Of a stretch of DNA of 62,676 nucleotides, positions 57,770-62,676 are shown in pieces. Within the stretch, counting starts at the first letter, position 1; the number at the start of each line of letters is the position of its first letter. The stretch spans positions 1 to 62,676 of the forward strand of contig QVQE01000108.1 in NCBI GenBank assembly GCA_003584865.1. Direction: 5' to 3'. This stretch comes from Methylococcales bacterium. GTDB taxonomy: Bacteria > Pseudomonadota > Gammaproteobacteria > Methylococcales > Methylomonadaceae. The notes beneath the pieces were generated by a model that did no database searches, was not told the DNA's origin, and saw only the letters and a program-made list of their open reading frames with translations. The position numbers were made by a program, and so were the translations under genes.

Positions 57770-60275
57770 TACTGTTGAATTTCTTTTTAGTAATTATTCG
57801 ATTGTTTTGTTTTTTTAGAAAATATCTGTTTTCATAAGCATCCAGATTAGAAAATATTTTAATGTTACACCCTAAGTTTTGATCAAACTTATGATCACTT
57901 ATTTTAGACAGCAATTGAATAGCTTTATTATCATGTATTAAACCAAGGATAAGAGGACAAGTCATAATGATGCTAGTAAGTGGGAATTGTTCAATCTTGA
58001 ATTTATTTATTGAGTTGAGTTTACTGATGAGAGTATTGTCGTCTATATTTATTGGATTAGTGCTATCAAATGGTTGCGAATCTGTGTTTGTATAATGGTA
58101 AGAAGACTCTTCAACCAAGAATGCATTGATTACGCATAGGGCATATAACTCCATTATGCTTGCAATGCCCACATGTTTTGTTTGAATGTGAATTGACGCA
58201 TTTAATAAACTAAAATAAAGTCGAGTCCATACTTTACCAAGAAAAACAGCAGAGGGTTTTATGTGGTTGTTGAGATCTTTAGTAAAAGCAAGCCATTCAA
58301 TAATTTTATTCGCTAACGAATCAAACTGATAACTTTTAATACTGCTTTGATCCCAAGATTGCTCATTTTCTTTTTCTTCTTCTTTGGTATCTTCTTTCCA
58401 CGGTGGTTCGGAAACAGTTAATGGAATGGAGTAGTGCACCAATTCACTTAGAACACTATCTTTCTTTTGGCTACTGCTTTCGGTAAGCGATAAAAATTGC
58501 ACTACAATTCCTAAAATGTTGAAAATTGAGGCATATGTTTTTGTATTATTTCCATCAGTAATATTCACTCTACTTAGAAAAAATACTGGGACATCATCTA
58601 CAGTATTAGAATTTCCAATACGAATAAACGGAGGAATACGAATAACGCCACTACTGACTGCATCATTACCTGCTAATACAGCGCTCGCATGACGCGCCCA
58701 ATTCAGGGAATTTTCATTACGCCCAATGCTGAAATAGCTTCGAAATTGTTGCTGTTTTTGTTCATCGGTGAGTTTGGTCCAAGAAGTTTCAGAAATCAGA
58801 TCATAGAGGGTGATGCTACCTAATCCTTGTAAAATATAGTCGATTGCATAATCGGGGCGTTTTTCACAATGGCGGGCAACTTCTGCAGCTAGAGCGACAA
58901 AGCAATTACGTAGAGATTTTTTACTGGGCTGCGGTCTTAAATAACAACCGGTATCAAACTCACCATCTTCAAGAACTACCCTGAACACAGCATCGTTAAG
59001 CGTATTGATATCTCCAGAGCTAAGTGTATTAACATCAACTTGATGAGTATGTAAACTACCGCGAAACACAGCACGAAAGCCCTCGGCAACTCGTTTTGGA
59101 GTAAAAATCTTAGTCTTAGTCTTAGTTTTAGTTTTAGTCTCAGCAGATTCTTCCATACCCTGAGTACAGAATTGAAGTAATTGAATAATTGATCTTAGGG
59201 ATTGCTTGAGGAGAAACTCTTTGTATAAATTTAAATCTCTTTCTCTATCACTCTTAATGTACATCCCTTGTTTAAGAAGTCTTTCAATGATAACATCAAG
59301 TGGTTCCTGTCCATATTCAAATTTCACTGAATAATCAGTTTTGAGTCTTAAATCCCATAAGGAGGTCAAGTGGGTGCGATGATGTAAAGGAAACAACTTA
59401 TTTAGGTACTGAGTTTCAAGATGATCGATTAATTTTATTTGTTCTTCTTTGCGGTGCTTGTCGCGTTTAAAAATGTTTGCTCCCAGACTTTCATAATAAA
59501 AATCACGAACCAAATGGGAATATAATTGCAAATCGCCTGTTATTAATATGAGTAAATGTGGACTATCTAGGTAGCGACGAATCATTTCAAGTATCTGCTT
59601 GCCCTTTGAAAAATTCGTGTCGGCATCGTCAATACTGATGACTAAGGCATCTTTATTGAGTAACACACAAATGTCTTTTATGAGTGATTTGAACTCATCT
59701 GCGAACGCTATGCCACTCTCTACTCGTTCCAACCCCCAATCAAGAAAGGCTTCACTATCTATTTCTTGAAGAGGGTTTGTTCTTTCATCTAGCAATTGAA
59801 GACCACCGGCCAGTTTTTTGAATTGTTTACGATAGGCTTCGTACTTAAAATCGTCGGCAGTTGAGCAATGGCAATTTCGTTGTTTTTCTATTAAGGCATT
59901 AAGCTTGTAGAGTAAGGAAACAAAAACATGTTCACCCGTTTCAATTTTTGTAGGGTCTAACTCTATGAGAAGCTCTAATTTGATATCCTTTAATTTGGTA
60001 TCCTTTAATTTGGTATCCTTTTGATCTTTTGGTGTCAATTCTTTAGTTACATATCGAAGAAAGGTGCTTTTACCTGCCCCACGTGTACCATCGATAAAAT
60101 AGACCATGCCTCGACTGTTATTCTCAGAATCTTTCGCGGCACGAATTTCTTCAGTGATTCGAGTTAAGATAGTGTCGAATGCTACTTTTTGAATAAGTTG
60201 ATCCTCATCGAACTGAACTTTATCGCTTGTGCTGGTCACTAGATCAATTGTTATTGTTTCTTTATGTGAGGTCAT
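57762..60275 (-). CDS. rdrA: RADAR anti-phage system P-loop ATPase RdrA
   Basis: Walker A FIDGTRGAGKST, LDPT, Walker B ISIDDAD, LEMIRRYL, TGD..LY, YLNKLFP, late GKVWTRLYFSL; directly upstream of the deaminase. Confidence 0.88.
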   Translation of the reverse strand: MTSHKETITIDLVTSTSDKVQFDEDQLIQKVAFDTILTRITEEIRAAKDSENNSRGMVYFIDGTRGAGKSTFLRYVTKELTPKDQKDTKLKDTKLKDIKLELLIELDPTKIETGEHVFVSLLYKLNALIEKQRNCHCSTADDFKYEAYRKQFKKLAGGLQLLDERTNPLQEIDSEAFLDWGLERVESGIAFADEFKSLIKDICVLLNKDALVISIDDADTNFSKGKQILEMIRRYLDSPHLLILITGDLQLYSHLVRDFYYESLGANIFKRDKHRKEEQIKLIDHLETQYLNKLFPLHHRTHLTSLWDLRLKTDYSVKFEYGQEPLDVIIERLLKQGMYIKSDRERDLNLYKEFLLKQSLRSIIQLLQFCTQGMEESAETKTKTKTKTKIFTPKRVAEGFRAVFRGSLHTHQVDVNTLSSGDINTLNDAVFRVVLEDGEFDTGCYLRPQPSKKSLRNCFVALAAEVARHCEKRPDYAIDYILQGLGSITLYDLISETSWTKLTDEQKQQQFRSYFSIGRNENSLNWARHASAVLAGNDAVSSGVIRIPPFIRIGNSNTVDDVPVFFLSRVNITDGNNTKTYASIFNILGIVVQFLSLTESSSQKKDSVLSELVHYSIPLTVSEPPWKEDTKEEEKENEQSWDQSSIKSYQFDSLANKIIEWLAFTKDLNNHIKPSAVFLGKVWTRLYFSLLNASIHIQTKHVGIASIMELYALCVINAFLVEESSYHYTNTDSQPFDSTNPINIDDNTLISKLNSINKFKIEQFPLTSIIMTCPLILGLIHDNKAIQLLSKISDHKFDQNLGCNIKIFSNLDAYENRYFLKKQNNRIITKKKFNSND

Positions 60276-60736
60276 TCTAGTTCCGTAATTGTTTGGAAAA
60301 AATTGAAGGTATAGCTAAAAAAAGTACTTCTAAGTATTTAATTTTAGCCGCCATAAAGTAATCATTGGATGTAATAGGTTGTTTGATAATGGACGTTGTG
60401 CAGAAAACTAGAGCTTAAAGAAACGAACCACAACAATTACACTAAAATGATAACCTAGCCATAAAGGTGACAGTTTACTATTTAGCTGTTAATAGTAAGA
60501 AATTTTAATTGCGTAGACCTAAGTATTTCATATGAAACCGCTATAGTCTGCATACGCCATAATTAAATTTTGAATGAGAGAAGCCCTCAATGAAAAGGTG
60601 GTAAAGTAAATTGACTATACCATAAAGGCTATGGGATTTGCTGTATAAGCAATTAAGAATGGCATCAGGAATAAAAAAAATGTGTTAGGGACTTAATATC
60701 AAGCGGTTAGTGGTAGTGATTATTGGCTTTTGTATT

Positions 60737-61207
60737 CTACATTTCGATAGAAGTAAAATTAAGTACAGTAAAGTCAATTGCATATAGAGTTTCGGATACA
60801 TGAAATGGAGTAAAGCATACATGCATTGGAGCTTCGGATGTATGCAATGGAGTAAAACTAATCGTTTTTGGAGCATCGGATACATGCAATGGAATTAAGC
60901 ATATATGCATTGGAGCTTCGGATATATGCAATGGAGTAAAACTAATCGTTTTTGGAGCATCGGATACATGCAATAGAGTAAAGCATGTATACATTGGAGC
61001 TTCGGATACATGAAAAGGGATAAAACCAATTGTCTTTTCTGGTTCGAGGTATTCAGTAGTAATTGAATGAGTACGACCCATTACAAAAATGTTGGAGAAC
61101 CAATGACAATCCGTAGTTTTAATCAGAGTTGGATAATAACTCAACGTGACATTAACAAACATTACGTAGATGCTTAAAAGATCGGCATTTTTCTGACCTT
61201 CTATCAC
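60737..61207 (-). CDS. Possible heptapeptide-repeat protein spanning the array
   Basis: Frame is open across the array (FHVSEAP-MYTCFTL-LHVSDAP-KTISFTP...). Start is weak and the ORF may not be expressed. Confidence 0.3.
   Translation of the reverse strand: MIEGQKNADLLSIYVMFVNVTLSYYPTLIKTTDCHWFSNIFVMGRTHSITTEYLEPEKTIGFIPFHVSEAPMYTCFTLLHVSDAPKTISFTPLHISEAPMHICLIPLHVSDAPKTISFTPLHTSEAPMHVCFTPFHVSETLYAIDFTVLNFTSIEM
60765..61037. repeat. Tandem array of ~13 x 21-bp units with 42- and 84-bp higher-order periodicity
   Basis: GGAGC(T/A)TCGGATACATGCAAT alternates with GGAGTAAAGCATACATGCATT or GGAGTAAAACTAATCGTTTTT. Confidence 0.92.
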
Positions 61208-61229
61208 GCTGCTTCATCAGGTAGGTTAC

Positions 61230-61430
61230 ATGGCGAGAAAAAAATTCCCAACGTCAAAAAGAGCTTCCATTTGGCGTGCTCACGAGTGTCGATGCGTTTA
61301 TTGTACAGAATTAGTTACGTTTGCTGACCTTGACGTCGACCATATTATTCCAAACCATCTTAGGGATAGGCCAGAGCAATTTTCTAGACTTTTAGATGAG
61401 TATGGTCTTAATGGTGATTTTGTAGTTAAT
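61230..61430 (+). pseudogene. N-terminal fragment of an HNH endonuclease gene
   Basis: RASIWRAHECRCVYC...LDVDHIIP. The distal N-L-x-x-x-C-x-x-C-N part is missing and the frame runs into the downstream antitoxin. Confidence 0.7.
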
Positions 61431-61499
61431 ATATTATCTGTCTGGAAAATGGGATTCACTTTATGCTATGTTTTACTTAGAATAAATGAGAGGTCGATT

Positions 61500-61784
61500 A
61501 TGTCTTACAGCCAAACAACTGATACACAAACTCATGCGGTTAACCTGCGTGTTCGTCATGATATCCGAGATCTAATTGACAGAGCTGCAAAAATTCAGGG
61601 TAAAACCCGCTCTGATTTTATGATTGATGCCGCTCGACGTGCAGCGGAAGAATCCTTACTTGATCAAGCACTCGTGCGTGTCGATCAGACAACCTATGAC
61701 CATTTTATTAAAGTTCTTGATCAACCGCCTAAAGGTGATGGATTTGAAAGACTGATGGCGGCTGCAAAACCCTGGGATAAATAG
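61500..61784 (+). CDS. DUF1778-family (TacA-like) antitoxin
   Basis: Own RBS GAGAGG and ATG at 61500: VNLRV...LIDRAA...KTRSDFMIDAARRAAEESLLDQ...LDQPP...KPW. Confidence 0.85.
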   Translation: MSYSQTTDTQTHAVNLRVRHDIRDLIDRAAKIQGKTRSDFMIDAARRAAEESLLDQALVRVDQTTYDHFIKVLDQPPKGDGFERLMAAAKPWDK

Positions 61785-62026
61785 TGCTTTCTTGTCCCAT
61801 TTTATTAACTAAGGATCATCAGCTTGATGACTTTTCCTGTAATGTTGATAGCCTTAATGATTGGCTCAAGAAACGGGCCTACCAAAATCAGCTCAGTGGT
61901 GCCTCTCGTACCTACGTTGTACTCGAAGGTAAAAGAGTTATTGGTTATTACTGTCTGGCTTCAGGTGCATTGGAGTTGAATCCGCGAAAGTTTATGCTCA
62001 TTATTAATCAAAATCCTCACCTATGA
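61784..62026 (+). pseudogene. Truncated GNAT (TacT-like) toxin
   Basis: FSC.VDSLNDWLKKRA..NQLSGASRTYV...VIGYYCLASG then diverges after ~65 aa; lacks the RLAV/GxGxG acetyl-CoA motif. Confidence 0.8.
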
Positions 62027-62676
62027 CTGACTCTATACGTACTCAACTAATTAAACTTGGCCCTGAACAATTAGCGGATGCACTATTGGAGTTATCTGAT
62101 AGGTATCCGGCTGCCGCAGAAGTCATCGAGGGATTATTAGCAACATCGGATGAAAACATTGAGCGTTATAAAGCCAAGTTGGCGGATATTAAACAGTGTG
62201 AAGACTTTGTATCCTGGCACGATTTAAATGATTTTGCATTTGAGTTACAGCAACTGTTAAATGATTTGGAAAGGGGCGTAAAGGACCCTTGTTCAGGTGT
62301 TGACTTGCTCGCCCAGTTTTTCGAAATAGATAAAGTCATTGTTCATCGTTGTGACGATTCAGGTGGATCAGCAACCGATCTATTTCTTTCTTCGGCAACT
62401 GACCTTTTCGTTTCGTTTGCGAGTCAATGTAATAATAAACAGTTCATCGCTGATCGGTTGATTAAGCTTAATGAAGAGAATGACTATGATCTTCGAGATA
62501 ACTTGTTTAATCGTGCTGGCGAATATTTACCAGAAGCGACTCTTCGAACCCTGATTGATGAGCTTTGGATAAGAGCGTCAAAGACAGATACCGCTTATAA
62601 AGCAGACCGTTGGCTCAAGGCAATTCAAGAGATAGCAAAGCAATTGCGGGATGCGCCATTGTTCGAAAAAGCGAGG
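62023..62676 (+). CDS. Uncharacterised helical protein (DUF6880-like), 3' end outside the window
   Basis: ATG 62023, open to the window end: MTDSIRTQLIKLGPEQLADALLEL...FVSW...RCDDSGG...NDYDLRD. Confidence 0.65.
   Translation, partial: MTDSIRTQLIKLGPEQLADALLELSDRYPAAAEVIEGLLATSDENIERYKAKLADIKQCEDFVSWHDLNDFAFELQQLLNDLERGVKDPCSGVDLLAQFFEIDKVIVHRCDDSGGSATDLFLSSATDLFVSFASQCNNKQFIADRLIKLNEENDYDLRDNLFNRAGEYLPEATLRTLIDELWIRASKTDTAYKADRWLKAIQEIAKQLRDAPLFEKAR

Noticed and set aside
60765-61037. CRISPR array interpretation of the tandem repeats
   Set aside because: The variable segments are only ~14-21 bp, recur rather than being unique, and are related to the repeat. No cas genes are in the window.

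Overview
62.7 kb of bacterial chromosome with moderately low GC. Gene content and protein style suggest a gammaproteobacterium, probably a Methylococcales-type methanotroph (inference). The left end (1-13.2 kb, minus strand) is a signalling cluster: CheR, three hybrid histidine kinases, a REC-HD-GYP c-di-GMP phosphodiesterase and a large uncharacterised membrane-anchored protein running off the window. One kinase plus a FadL-type gene remnant sits between ~180-bp duplicated gene junctions. The middle is mostly housekeeping (ilvD, grxC, gcvH, dgkA, mazG, parE, DAHP synthase, glyQS, gmhB, plsC, metG, apbC, dcd, ggt, ettA). Accessory genes there are a two-gene gas-vesicle locus behind a sigma54 promoter and 23-bp repeats, a degenerate-Fic/Zeta-kinase fusion, a curlin-repeat gene, a DUF1778/GNAT toxin-antitoxin module flanked by duplicated glyQ and curlin fragments, and a membrane-anchored two-domain multicopper oxidase. 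The right end has Hsp70-like-topB-ssb and then a defence-island-like region: a complete RADAR system (rdrA-rdrB), a 21/42/84-bp tandem repeat array, a truncated HNH gene fused in frame to a second TA antitoxin, a truncated GNAT toxin and a partial ORF. No rRNA, tRNA, CRISPR array, integrase or transposase was recognised. All family calls come from reading motifs by eye, not from database searches.
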